DNA of 64,000 bases from Haliotis rubra. Its lineage: Eukaryota. Shown piece after piece: positions 12,655-26,510 of this stretch. Position 1 is the stretch's first letter, and each line of letters starts with the position of its first letter. The stretch spans positions 2,542,001-2,606,000 of the forward strand of contig NW_025767202.1 of the NCBI RefSeq assembly GCF_003918875.1, read 5' to 3'. The position numbers and the translations under genes are program-made. The notes beneath the pieces are model-generated. The model saw only the letters and a program-made list of their open reading frames with translations. It was not told where the DNA came from and did no database searches.

Positions 12655-14629
12655 CTCTCATGTCTCCTATATGAGACTACACTCAACAGTTGCACAAAAT
12701 GTACTGCCCCCTCCATTATCAGTAGTTATAATTCTATGGCTGAAATATATATTGACTTTAAAACCAAACACCTTATTCGCTCATGATCACGATCTGATTT
12801 AACTAACTAATGAGGTAAGCAGCCAGTCGGGAACACATGTTTACTCCTTGACTGACGTTCATTTTACTGAGTCTTTACTGTAGGTTTTATCATATACTCA
12901 ATAACAGCAAGTATCACACTTTCGAGAAATTGCGCGGTGTTGTAGTCTAGTTGTTAAAGTGTTCTCTCGTCAAGCCAGTGTATGAAGTCCATTCATTACT
13001 AGTGGCCTCCGCCATGATGATGCTGGGATATTGCTTGAAGCGGCGTAAAACCACTCCAAAAAGGAAGCAAAAACAACTAACCGATGGTCGTGTTCCGATT
13101 GTTCGAAGCAGAAATCAAAGGATCTCGCCTTTGCACACTGTGTTTCTTACACCATCAGAGACCTTCCTCAAAACTGCTCAAGTGTTGGGTGCCACCAGTT
13201 GGGCAGGATACGCTGACCTGATGTGAAGCATTTACGCAAGTTTATGATGTGGGAATGATGTAATCTCAACTCTCAGCACAACGTTCGTTTACTTCAATTC
13301 CCTCTGGTATCTATTTCAGCACATTACTTCTTTCTGGCTTGAATCCACGCTGCTGACATACTTATCATCAAAACTCTTCAATTTCTTCAAACTCATTTTG
13401 GCTTATTTCCGTCAACATCTGAACTCGTATTTTCTTATTCTAGCTCTAGCCCTCGAATGACTTTAATCTCGAGTTCTCAAACCACATACTACAGGATCAT
13501 TTTCCCGAATTATCTGAGTTATTAAATCATGTACCCAAGATCTACATTTTGTCATTTTCCTGAATCTTCTAATTTCTTCGTAATCACGTTTTCTCATCAT
13601 CAGAATACATTATTGGAGACTTTAGATCCATGTTGCGAATTTCAGATCTTATGTGTGTATGTTTCAAGTAAATGTGTGGAGGAGAAGTTGTTCTATTTAT
13701 GTGCACCGACAATCATTTTAGTTTTTACCAGAAGCTCTCGTTCTTGACATATTCTGCTCCGTTAATGATTTTTGTATTTGAGTCGGATATATCAATCATA
13801 TTATCGTCGAGCAAGTTGCTATTCCAAGAGTATAACTGTAATTCTTCCAGATTCGATAAATTATACTGACCGTTTCCATGAAGTACTTTTAAGTGTTAAT
13901 TTGTTATAATCCATTTTCATTCATGTTTCAACATTCTATCTGTTGATATAAACATTACATATTGGCCCGTACTCATCTAACTTTTACAAATATTTATTTC
14001 AGACAATAGAGTACTTTCACCGAATGCTGGCATTCCGTGTCTGTATATCGGTGCTGGATGAGATGACGAAACTATTTACTATAATATACATTTTCTTGCA
14101 GCACGATCTTAAGAGTCATAGTCTGTGTTTTTTCAGGAACTGAGGTTTCATGTGTTTTAGTATGTCTTGTGAACTGTTATTGCGGTATACGTGCAGAAAC
14201 AAGACACCGACAACGTCATTGCACTCCCAAAATGTCATGTGAGAGGTTCCTAACAGAGGTCCCTAACACGGGTTACTTCGTGTGAGTATTGTTTGCCAAA
14301 CTTGAACACAGATTGTTGTACAACTCACATTCGCTATTGAAATCGTGATGATAATTTACATGAGATCAGTAGGTAATGTATATAGGTAAATATCTCATAA
14401 TCACAAAATGAGAGAGGGAATGAAACAGCTGCTTTCACTTAGCAAAGCTGATTAAGTTTCCAGATAGCCAGGTTACAGCATTGATGTGTTAAGGGTACAT
14501 TTTTCCCCTGATGAAATCGTGGGTTTATTGACAACGTAGTTTATTGTTTACATTGCCTGTTGCCCGTGATGTGTGTTATCATCACGTTTTGTTTCACGCA
14601 TGTTACAGACGCCAGTTGTGAATATGTGA

Positions 14630-14760
14630 TTTTTCAAATGATTTATGTATTAAATTGTCTTATTTGCGTAAACAATAGTAAAAACGTTCAGTCGTGTTTA
14701 GGAGATCTCATATCTGATTCTCGTATAGAGGTGCAAGAACGTAATCATCCCATTTATTCT
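14630..14760 (+). mobile_element. Degenerate PLE GIY-YIG endonuclease fragment (paralog at about 21100-21200)
   Basis: MIYVLNCLIC-KQ*...HPIY here and LCKQY...KRLHL..DHMS in the paralog resemble N.IY.L.C..C.KQY.G.T...L..R...H. Confidence 0.45.
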
Positions 14761-15354
14761 GCACGTACCTGGAGACTTTTCGAATAAAAACAGTGAAAAC
14801 CTTTGCTATCACGCAGATGAAACCAAAGTGTTTGTTTGACAGACACGTTTTCTGAAAAATCATAAAAAGGTTTAAAGATTTTCAGCAGGACCCACATCAA
14901 ATGTGGACACACCTGGAAATAGCGAAAATACTGTTAATAGAAGTATGAAACTAAATCCATAAATACTTCAATAAGACTCATCGATAATTTCACTGATCAA
15001 ATAGCATTCACTATATGAATATCAAACAGCCACTTCATAACTCTGGTAATGTCCAAGGAATATTTACACATTGCGATGTTGCATCAGAAAGTCATCCACG
15101 AACAATAGTTGAATCACTTAAGCCTCTATAGTCCATCGGTTTGATAGCTTGAGTGAAGTTTACTCTCGAGAGTAATACCATGCAGTATATTCCAAAAAGT
15201 AATCACCATGATTTCATTCTGGTAGTTTTTATTGTAATTATCCCGAATATAACAGCTTTATGACTGTCACAAGATTAATTTCTTTTGCCTGGTCATATTT
15301 TACCAATAAACAGATACGGAAGACTACCGCCAGGTACAAGGGCTCTAGTGTCTG

Positions 15355-15640
15355 ACACGACCTTGCTCGTACAGGTATAATGAGTATGGAACACTATTTA
15401 ATGTTTTTACCAACAAACTGAGTAATGGTTTATGTTCTAACAGTACTAACGTTATATAAATAATAAATGGATTGTGACAAATGTACACTTACAAATATCT
15501 AATGAAGACATTGGATATTGTAATCAACGCTGAAGGAAATATAATTACACACTTGGATAAACAACTTACTCAGTGATGGAGATACTGATATCATACACGG
15601 CTGTGTGTGAAAACCGGTAAAGAAGAACCATACCGACAAG
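15355..15640 (+). mobile_element. Degenerate LINE RT core fragment (paralog 21700-21940)
   Basis: FNVFTNKL...ED...AEG...LDK here and TIFNVYINRL...ILHADN..AEG...YTRWCD* in the paralog resemble LFN.FINDL...LLYADD...S..GLQ..L..L..WC. Confidence 0.55.
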
Positions 15641-17243
15641 TAGGTTTTGACCGTAAGATTAAAACTTGTTTCCTGGTATTGAATTTTCAGTCACGTACTA
15701 CCTAGCAGTTGTCAGTGGCTGGTTCCACCGGTGGGGTAGGATGGCTCACCTTTTAGCTATCTTCTAGAAGCATCGCCTTTGATAAGGAATCATAAACACA
15801 TGCTCAGGGTAAAGACGAAATCCTAGGATCCTAAGACTGTACTCGATATTCTTGTTGATGTGGAAATGGTTATAGTGCTGACCCATGTCATGAATACCCG
15901 ACTCTGACATTGTACTTGACCACATCATAGTAACTGATAAACAGATGCCCATAATACATTATGAACTCGTACAACCGACTCTCATGGATGCGGATAGGGT
16001 TTAGTAGCTTGACAAAAAGTAATGCCTCTTCAGAACATATCTGTTGTAAATGATCAAACAAATGCTTCCTAGTGTCTACGTGTTACGTGGGATGAGTATG
16101 AAGGATACGACTATATAATGTTCAGTAATTTGCATGTTTGACCCGGAATCAGGAGTCTGGCCTTCTGACGATAAAAGAAACTGGCGATGTAGATTTCCAA
16201 TGATTGAAGCAATTACCTACATGGACCTTGCGTTCGTGGATCTGCGACGTCAGATGGTAATGGAAATTAGTAGCGCTGAGCTGGAGTAAGTGACTGAAGA
16301 GCTACGGTGATTAAAGACTGTGGCCGGTTGGATCTGAAACAAGCATAGATGAGTTTAGATGATGGCCGGAAATAGGAGCAAGACTCTGTAGAAAGAACTA
16401 TTCTAATTTTAGCATATTTAAAGTCTGTGTATGAAAGAAGATGGCATATGATGAGTGAAATTATCCGAGAGGATATACATAAGGACGGAACAAGCCTGCT
16501 GGTGAGAAATACTGAGACAGTTGACAAAAAAGAGTTCATGTGATATCAGAAGCTGCAATTGGAACAATCGGGAAAATCTATTAGATGGGACCTTTTTAAA
16601 AGGGTGAAAGTTGCTTTACCGAGTACATGATGAAATGCACACAACTAACATGAACATCCAAAAGGTGCAAATATTGTTTTCAGTATTACCCAAAGCAATT
16701 ACAACACATTCACCTGACACGGCTATTCACTTCATATATTCTGTAAGCACATGGAGAGAACACGGGTAAATAGGGCATTTGTAACTCTTGATGTTTTATT
16801 CGTGATTCAGACATACACTAGCAGCCAGTGGGAGGAAAGCAAATGTGATGCAAGACGTCATCGATGTTAACCAATTATGATACAGGGACGAACGTAGTTG
16901 AACGTCAATATTCATAGAAGCCATCGGAGACATAACATCTGTGTAAGGTTTGTCTTATTAAAATGATGTTAAATGATCTGTTCTTAAAGTGCTGGTTGAT
17001 GAGAGTCGTTAGTCTAACAGTTGATATTCCTCACAATAAATGAAACATACAGGTATATGATAACATGTTGGCTTTTGAGGATATATGAATATATATTTTC
17101 ACTTAGTTTACGAGTTGTGGCCTATTATCCTCAAAAAGTCAACATTTTTTTTCACGAATTCGAAGAAGTGGCTGTTTTGACGGAGATGTCAAATTGTGTT
17201 AGTCACAATGCTCTATGTCCTTAAATCGTCTCCACTACAGCTA

Positions 17244-17410
17244 GGGGCGGTGCGGTAGCCTAGTGGTTAAAGCTTTCGCTCGTCACGCAGAAGAACCGGG
17301 TTCGATTCCCCACATGGGTATAATGTGTGAAGCCCATTTATGTGTCCCCCACCGTGATATTGCTGGAATATTGCTAAAATCGGCGTAAAACTAAACTCAC
17401 CCACACACTC
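17244..17410 (+). mobile_element. tRNA-Asp-derived SINE (family 1)
   Basis: A box tagcctagtgg, B box ggttcgattcc, and the family body and tail. Confidence 0.95.
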
Positions 17411-18500
17411 CATTTGAGCAAAACACAGTGTTCTCTTCTCTCACTTTGTGCATTTCAAATATTCAACACTGTACATGTTGATAGTCTACGACTTGATCCT
17501 ACATATTTACGTCGGCTTGTTGACAGCATATACAGCTGCGTTACTGAAACAAGCACGGTGTGCTCCAGCCAGCGTTGTACGCCTTCTTGTTTCTTTGAAT
17601 GAATTGTGCCCATCACTTTAAGGATATACTTGGACTTACTCACTCGGGTTGGATACTCCTCTGTTCCTCGTCAATCTATCTCTGGGGCTGGTGGAAAATG
17701 TTACGTCTTGCGGTGTTCATATACTAATCACGAAACAATATACCACACAGGCGTGTATTAAAGACAATATTACAGACTGATAACACACTTTGAAGCAATG
17801 CCCAGATGCACACGGATGCATGTTTGATAAGCCTTCTTTCTGATGTGATATTTTACCATCCTCGCTGGGGAAATTAGTATTTGTCTGAATCACCAGTATC
17901 TCTTTCCTGTGTTTTACATGGTTATCTCTTAATGCGTTTATAACTTGACTCTAACGGAGAACACATTCACTTCCCTCACCGTATATGTATTTACGTGTGA
18001 TAGAACGCTGTAACCTGTAACATCCAACCCTGCACCTATGCCTCTATTTGTAGTGTTACAAGATTCAACAGATCACAACGAATACATATAAGGATAATGA
18101 AGATGTTTACGTCTGGCACTGAGATACTTTTCTTAATGCTTCGTCTCGGTCTTCAGAGAACCAAAAGAGCTCGTACCACCTGGGGTATAATGTCTTCTTG
18201 ACCGGCTTGTAGAAAGAAGCAAGTAGAACATTATAGTTTTGCTTCTTTGAAGTTCGGAACTGTGGCAGACAAAGATCGTTAGAGATGCTTACAGCGTCCC
18301 GATGTCTGATAGCTAAGTAATACCACTATGTTTTTCCTACTATGTTCTACGGAAACTGTCCTGAAACAAACAAGTACCATATTACTTACATGGAATTCGG
18401 CCGATAACCAAACTATCACCTTTGAGAATAAACACATTTAATTTGAATAACAGTAAGAACATAACTCGCAAACAATATTTCTTGCCGTCATCTAAAACTA

Positions 18501-19776
18501 AAGTACTGTCGGAAATGCTAGAAAAATGCTTTTTGACTTATATTTAATATTCAGAGGTATTACAGTTACTTAAATAACAAATATCACTTTAAGAAACATC
18601 TACCTAATGTAGACCGAGGGAAAATATTTTGAGACATGCCCTAACATGCGTTTTTACTGATGAAAATACCAAAAACTTAGAAAAATAAGGGGTAGTGGGA
18701 CGTTATTTGATACAAACATTAACTGCCCGTGTTACGTCATCAGCATGCACGGTATCGACAGGTGAAATTGACACCTGAGCACGCGCTCTGGCGAGGGGTC
18801 ATCTCAATAGATGTTTTCTTCAAAATGTTGAATATGTGTACATATAGTCGTATTGGTTATGTAAGGGATCATTTGTGTATGTGTGTTTGTTGTGAAATAA
18901 ACATACGAATTACTGTACATTGGAAAGAATCCTATCACTTGTGTAATCTTATCGATTGATTGTAGAAATGTGCAACGTTTTAATAAATGTTTTGCATGTC
19001 AACAGTATATTTCATTGCAAAAATATGGATGTAATTCGGTCAGTTTAATCTAGTTGTGAACATTGGCCAAAGATTTAACGAAGTCACTGGTGTAGTTTCT
19101 TTAGAATATATATATTCTTCTTCTCATAAAGTTTGTAGACCGCCCGTCTAAGTACTCCCTTGTCAAAGTTGTCAAGGATGGTTTTACGTCCCGGTGCTGC
19201 TTTTGAGATGGTCCCTGATTTGTTTACAAACTTGTTGGTAAGACATACCAACAGCTCTACAAGTTCTGTAATAAACTATTTCTATACTAATGAAAGGTTT
19301 ACCTCTGTCTTTTTCAAGCACAAAAAACTTATAAACCTTTGCAACAATCGTCTGCAAATAGTTGGCCATGGTGGACGCTGTTATAAAGATGTGCATGCAT
19401 GAAAATTGTTTATCAAGACTTAACATTTATATTAACATTTCTTCAATAAAGAAACGATAATTAAGTAAAGTAACACAAACATCCAACATTTATTTGTTTA
19501 AGAAAAACGTTAATTTATATTTTTACACCACCTGTACTATTGGCATAAATGTAAAGACTATTTCAGATTTGAACTCCGGAAAAATCTTAAGTTGTTGTTT
19601 TGGTACCACATTCTCTCCTGTAAACTGCCCTTTAAATGCATGGGAATGTTAAATCAATTGAAATAAAAATTAGGTACACTATAGGTGAGTTGATATATTG
19701 ACAACATAATACATTTATCACCTTTCTAAAGATATTGAGGCTAAAAAGCATTTTTCTAGCATTTCCGACAGTACTT
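18501..19776 (-). mobile_element. Internally deleted IS630/Tc1/mariner-type DNA transposon with TIRs and TA TSD
   Basis: Perfect ~34-bp TIRs (aagtactgtcggaaatgctagaaaaatgcttttt) flanked by TA on both sides. The minus-strand remnant at about 19100-19370 reads IVAKVYKFF...VYYRTCRAVGMS...KTILDNFDKGVLRRAVYKLYEKK, a transposase N-terminal HTH-like region. No DDE domain seen. Confidence 0.85.
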
Positions 19777-20173
19777 TAGGAACGTACATCACAATTTGTT
19801 AAGAGAATGAATCTTCACTAAAACCGTGTGTCTGTATCACCTTCTTAGGTGGATTAAATTCGTCGAACCCGTTTCTCTAAATCCTTGTTGCATTTATATA
19901 GGGTATGGATAAATAAAAAGTGGCATCTCGCGAGTCCACGTCTGTTAAATGAGCTGAAGAATTCGAGAATGCAACATAAATAGTCAAGATGGCGTATAAG
20001 AAATATGGTGTCAGGGACATTCTTTACGAAAGAGAGAACAAAATCTACAGCCTCAAGAAACAGAATACTTTCGTTGTACCTTCACTTTGGCGAATGTGTG
20101 GTTATCAAGCGCAGACTGCATGTACAAAGTCGGTACTATCACATGTCTGTGGTGCTGTCCCACGGGAGTACAT

Positions 20174-20291
20174 AGTGAGTGAGTGAGTGAGTTTATTTTG
20201 AAGCCGCTTTCAGCAATATTCCAGCAATATCACAGCGGGGGGCACCAGAAATGGGCGAACGCTTTAATCACTGGACTACCCCACCGCCCCC
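20174..20291 (-). mobile_element. Family 1 SINE with internal deletion and 11-bp TSD
   Basis: TSD cgggagtacat at 20163-20173 and 20292-20302. The B-box region is deleted between aaatgggc and gaacgc. Confidence 0.9.
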
Positions 20292-20766
20292 CGGGAGTAC
20301 ATTGCATGCCGCAGCCTGGAGACTCATACCACGAATACTCACTCCAGGCCGACCAGTACTTGTCTTATCCCAAGAGACCCGACCAAGGTATGTATAATCA
20401 GTAACAAATACATAGTGAATTGTGTAAGGTGGACATTTATGTATGCTAATATGACGAATAATTTTGCCTCTTAAACTTTATTCCCCAATTTAACATTCTC
20501 TGTGAACATACTGTGCCAGTGAGTGCCAACAAAAAGTGAGTGAATATTTTTTTTGTTAGTACATTAATACATTCTTTTTAATGTATCACCTTTGCTAACC
20601 GTGTCATCAATTGTGCGAGTGTAATTTCATCTATCATTACTATACATTATTGTATATTTACAGCAGTAGACGGTACCATGATCTGATACTTAGACTTGTA
20701 TACCTTCCTCTGCGACACATTCCATGTGTTTCTGGACATAACAGGAGATGATCATACCGACACGAG

Positions 20767-20932
20767 GTGTGTGTGAGTATGGTTTTACGCAACTTTTAGC
20801 AATATTACAGCAATATCACGGCGGGGGACACCAGAAATGGGCTTCACACATTTTACCCGTGTAGGGAATCGAGCCAGGGTCTTCGGCGTGTAGAGCAAAC
20901 GGTTTAACCTCTATAGGTTACCCCACCGCCCC
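20767..20932 (-). mobile_element. tRNA-Asp-derived SINE (family 1)
   Basis: Full-length reverse copy. Degenerate TSD acc(g/a)acacga. Confidence 0.93.
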
Positions 20933-21421
20933 ACCAACACGACGAATGTGTGGTACATACATTGTATATTACAGTTTTGCTATGTAGAAGGAAGTGTTCC
21001 CTTCATTCTAAAAAATAATAATTCTGCGATTACGGATGAGCTGTCATGTCAGATATGATCACGTTTTCAGTGGCGATTGATGCAAACTGTTGATTAATAA
21101 AATAATCTTTGTATTCAAGTTACTGTTTGTGCAAACAATACTCAAACGACTTCACCTGTATTTATGAGATCACATGTCGTATACTTTCATAGGCATTGTC
21201 CTCTCAGTTATCCATGTACGTGGAATTATGCAAAGCCACGAGAGTTAAAGATCATTTGTCCAAGTAGGTCTCGAGTTGCTGACCATAATCCTGACTACAT
21301 GAACTTCAACAAAACATGGCCAAGGATTCAGCGTTTAGCTTTTGTGATGGTGCATCAGCAAGTCAGCCGCTATCAATAGCATCGCTAGCACTGTAGCATC
21401 GATGGTGTATCTATATATATT

Positions 21422-21592
21422 GGGGCGGTGGGGTAGCCTAGTGGTTAAAGCGTTGGCTCGTCACGCCGAAGACCCGGGTTCGATTCCCCACATGGGTACA
21501 ATGTGTGAAGCCCATTTCAGGTGTCCCCCGCCGTGATGTTGCTGGAATATTGCTAAAAGCGGCGTAAAACCAAACTCAGTCAGTCAGTCAGT
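21422..21592 (+). mobile_element. tRNA-Asp-derived SINE (family 1), best-preserved copy
   Basis: The head gtagcctagtggttaaagcgttggctcgtcacgccgaagacccgggttcgattcccc resembles tRNA-Asp(GTC). It has an (agtc)n tail and a TSD-like tctatata on both sides. Confidence 0.96.
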
Positions 21593-23166
21593 CTATATAC
21601 GTATATTCTGCGTGATAATCACACGATTAGTCTGTTTCATCCTATATTCTACAAGGAATACCAGCACTTGAGCCAAGTACTGTGGTGTCGGAAATGGCCG
21701 TACTCTTACAAGTCAAACGAGTACGGAACAATATTTAATGTTTATATCAACAGACTGACAGTATGTTCCTGTGTAAACGGTAATACATTGGTGTATGAAA
21801 GGAAAAGGATTATGTCAAATGGACACTCACAAATACTTCATGCAGACAATCAGAGCTGAAGGAGATATAATTACACACCTGGTTTAGCAACTTACACAAG
21901 ATGGTGCGATTGATCTCACACACAACCCAAGTTATACGTGAAACCAATGAAGGAAAAGAGGGATACAAAGACGAATGACTTCTGTACAAGACTTGAAACC
22001 TTGATTGGAATAGCAGGGACAATTTCGTAATGAAAATAGTAATATCTCTTCCTCATGGGTTCATTTCATCCACATGTCTTGTCTGTACTACGGACATCGC
22101 AAATGGTTCAACTAAAACACGTAAGGGGTCTAATTTGTAACGGGGTGAGTTTATTGGATACATACGTGAAGAGGTCTGAAATTCGCAGCGTGGAACGTTT
22201 GCTAATGATGAGAGTTACTGGCTATTGGGGACCTGATATTTGAGAAACAGGTATTGTGGATCATGAGGACATGAGTTAACAGCTCAGATGATTAGGGAAA
22301 TGATCAGCATGAAATAGGAGAAGGCTATTTTAATGCTCGAGATAAAAGACATTAATAGAATGGAGAGAAAATAAGACAAGACGAGTTAGGACGATAAGAG
22401 AACTTAGCAGCATAAAGTTCTGATTAAATTGATGTATTTAAGCTATAGATTTAAGTGAAACAGAACAGCTTTTATGGTGAGAGAAACTAACACACTGGGA
22501 AGGGAATAGCTCAATGGTGTGCGAAAATGCAGTTTGGGGCGTTCGGGAGATTTATTGTAAAACGTTGGTGTTATTGGGTACATGGTGAATAACACATTAC
22601 AGAATCAGTGATATAAATATCAATCAAGCATTAGATATTTGTTTTATTGAGTACAACGCAATGTAACAGGGTACACACGCGTACCTCTGTCAATGGCCAT
22701 ATACGTCTCATTGGTATTAAACGCAAAGCGTGAACCTGGGTGAATAGGGTATTTGCTGTTTAACAGATATTAGCCGTATAATTATAACAGCAGTCAGTGG
22801 GAGGAAAGCTATTATGACGCAGTTCTATGAAGTTAACCAATTTTGTGGAATGGATGAGTGCAGAGAGGCGCCGATATGTTTAGGAGGCATCGGAAACAAA
22901 CCGTCCATGCAAGATTTGTGTTCTAAAAGTGAAAATAGCTTAACGGGCAACACAAACATAAAAGTTTGGAAACAGAGTTAAACTGTAAACAACTCAAAGT
23001 GTCATTACAACATTTACAACTAGTAAAGAACAAATATATAAGTGAGCTTTCGAGTGAAGAATTTAACATTTATCGATATTAGTGGTGTATAACTACTGTG
23101 TTTAAAATATTAAATTGGTCCCGGCAAACGAGTGGTCGATTATATCTACTACACTGTACACAGGCA

Positions 23167-23315
23167 NNNNNNNNNNNNNNNNNNNNNNNNNNNNNNNNNN
23201 NNNNNNNNNNNNNNNNNNNNNNNNNNNNNNNNNNNNNNNNNNNNNNNNNNNNNNNNNNNNNNNNNNNNNNNNNNNNNNNNNNNNNNNNNNNNNNNNNNNN
23301 NNNNNNNNNNNNNNN
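23167..23315. other. Assembly gap (149 N)
   Basis: Run of N. Confidence 1.
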
Positions 23316-25879
23316 TTGTACTGTATTACGAATGTATATCGTGTTTTCGTCACGCCGCCATGGCTGAAATACGTCCGCTGTGTCTTAAAGTCTCGCTGGC
23401 ACCATGGCACATTTCAAACCTGGATGTTTGCGTAACAACGAATCGTTGGATGTGAATAGAAAAAGGCGTTTGTACGACACACAGCTCAGATAAAGGTATT
23501 ATGAACGCGCAGTTATGAGGCAGTGGAAGGGCGTTATGTCTGTATTACATTGTTTTTGTTGACATTCGGCAGAGGACATTATGTAATTTACTGCGGATAT
23601 CTATCTGTGTGGATTTCAGGGAAACTCTTTGTTTCAACTTTTGGAATCAACACTAACCAGAGCCTTCATCACCATGGTGCCACCACAAAGACATTCATGT
23701 TAAATGTTTAATACGTTTCACAAAACTAAGACACAAACCAACAAATAAAAGCAGGTAATTGTGAGAGTTAAATCTTGAAACAATTTTGATCAGTCGACAA
23801 ATCCAACAGAGCTGACTCAGAACAAACACCATAATTATGTTCACTGTTGTAAAGAAGTTGTTTTCAGTTTTAAAGTCATAACGTTTGATTTTTCGCTCGC
23901 TGGCAGTCCGACTCAAAAAAGGAACTGCAATAGCGACTCACACATCGACAACACCTTAAAACACATGAGACTCATTTCACGCTCGAATTGTTATTGTGAG
24001 CTGTTATTGCATTCTGAGACTGTATTAAGGGTTAATGCCAAACCAAAGGTAACTATTAAACGCATAAATTCAAAATCATTAAGAACAAGTGACTCTAATC
24101 AAGAGGGCAAGATTTTACATGGGTGTAAATCAACGTCACAACATAAGATTGGTAATTTAATTGTCGTATGGTAAGTTGCCCCAAAAGGTTCGTCCCTTCC
24201 GTGACCTCATACGCCACCAAGCCAAGATGAGCAAAACATAAGGCACGACATGCTCCCAACCATTCACTGTCTCCAGGTTTCATAGCTTGTTCACTTATTC
24301 TGACATTTATTCCAAGTGGCAGAAACACTTGGCAGGCGGTCTCAGACGGCAGTGTTATGGAGTGTTATGACACATGTTTCATGCCAAGTTTCTTATAATA
24401 CCTGTTTATGTAGTACCAGTATGTCATACACAGTGATTATACTCACCTGTATCTGTCAGACACGTCTTTATAGACAATCAGTGATAGGTTACAGACGTCG
24501 TCTAAGCCCGTGGTAAACTTCTATAACGACTGCTGCCTCCTCTAGTTCCAGACATCAAATTAGCAAAGCTATACAGTTGAACTTACTTCATTTTACATGG
24601 CCGTCAAGAGGGTATTTGCAATTCACGTTACGGTATTATGTTGTCTTTTATCCCCTGAAGTCCGAGAGGAGGCATTGGGTACAGAATTTCACAGTATAAA
24701 TAAACTTCCTCGTTATCGTCTGTGTATTATTTTCAACCTGTTGAAAGTTGTGTCACTACAAATGCATCATCACATGGACAGTGCGCTTAAAACTGGATGG
24801 AATGAAAGTGTGTTCGTAAAACAGTTACAGTCGCATCTCCTTCGTACTTATTGAATGAAGCAAATAGAAACAGACATTTAACCTTTTAAACCTATTTTGC
24901 AATATTTTCGTTGGGGAGAGTGATACTATTAGAGACCAACAAAGGTTCAAGCTTGGATACTAGCTTTGAGTTACACTTTGATAGCCACATACAGTGAGGA
25001 AAGTTAATGTGTTTTGAGTCAAAAGTTATAAATAAGCTAAGAGATAAATATGTAACACATGTTTTCGTAAGCTGCCTCGCAGGGAAAAGAGATACGAAGG
25101 ATACACTAGTTTCCGCGGCAAGGATAGTAAATTATCACAAATGCACATCAGAAAAATGCCCATCAAACATTCATCTACGTGCGTCTGGCACAGTGTGTTA
25201 TTGGTGAGTAGGGTTTCGCAGTGCAATACTGTCATACCGGCCTGTGTGGTATATTGTATGTATAATTAGTACATATGATCCGTAAGTGGACTTGTAAGCA
25301 CTCCTGAACACTTTCGATGTATGCTTGTGTTCAACAATACAAGATTTAATGTTTTCCAACCAGTCTTAACAGGACCAAAAAGTACCCACTTAGAGATTTA
25401 CGAGACACAGACGAGTATCCAATCCGAGTAGTTTGTACGTCCTGACCTTTGGCTGTATAAGTAGATATATCCTTAAATAATGGACGCAATTCATCCAGCA
25501 TAGCATCCAACCTGCTATATTCTTATCAAATCCACGTGATATGAAACACCACTCTGCGTACAATCTACACCGTCAACTATCAACATGAAGTCTTACAGAG
25601 ACACAAGGTTGAATGTTTGAATAAAAACAATGACACAGATTCTGAATAGTTGACACAATTTTACATTTCCGGAAAATTTCTTTGTTAAGTGTACAGTCGT
25701 TTGGATATAGATGTCTCTTAAAGGGTTTTCTACTTTGTGAAAGTGTATGAGTTTTGAGTGCAGTATGATAAAAAGCAGGTATTTTGTGTCATGAACGTTT
25801 AAGCTTTCCACTCGATAAACAGTTGTTGGTTTCCATTCATATTGTGGTTTATGTTTTGCTCTTCTTGGCATCCTGAAAC

Positions 25880-26510
25880 CAATAATTGGACAAATTCTAA
25901 GGTTTGAAGTTATGTTAACCCATGTGGGAATAGGGACATAGGAAAAGACATATGAGATAACATATGGTCCTCTTCTTGCCCCGTTGATTAGAACCATGTG
26001 GTTTGTGCTGCAAATACGTCTTATAGGGAATGTTTCGTTAATATTAACAGTTTAAGATCGTGCCACTGAAGGGTGCAGCAGTATTCACTCACACTAACTA
26101 CTCACGTGCAATATGATTCACACTTGTTTTCAAGATCACTTCAATGTTTCGACGTGTGAGTCACTTTCCTAGTTTCTTGTAGATAAACACCTCTAGAGAA
26201 AAAGAAGGAGACGTTACGCCTGTTAAACAGAAAACGACCTCTCTCCAACAGTTAATATGTTTAAGACCTAACGGAGTAGGAATATTTGGTTTTGTCTACT
26301 GATCGTACATGTGTCTCGAATGAAATTTCACTTGCTTGTTGTTTTTTACCCACTTTGCACTTTTTTATGAAACTTTATTAAACACAACACGTGACTGTGC
26401 TGGTTGTGGCCGCTTGTTGATCATGGTTCATATCTTTGCCAGAGTGTTTGGCCCTGCAAACGCCTGTTGTTTTGTTCACACTTAACGAGTCGTCAGTTGT
26501 TACATATCAA
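25880..26510 (-). mobile_element. Degenerate CR1-like LINE RT fragment
   Basis: Minus-strand mosaic SLSVNKTTGV...FNK...LLER..FNR...GVYL....K...T..H...ESY...SGTILN...KTYL...VLINGAR follows the CR1 RT motif order NKA.G.D / LERIV.NRL / GVFLD.SKAFDTV.H / G..LNWF.SYL..R.Q.V.ING. Confidence 0.6.

Noticed and set aside
21422-21495. tRNA-Asp gene
   Set aside because: No proper acceptor stem. It continues into a SINE body and tail and is multicopy with TSDs.
23098-23455. ORFs of 89-107 aa
   Set aside because: Artefacts of reading through the N gap.
24095-24328. Gypsy integrase C-terminal (GD.VWL / GPY-like) remnant
   Set aside because: Only a weak motif resemblance; not supportable without a search.
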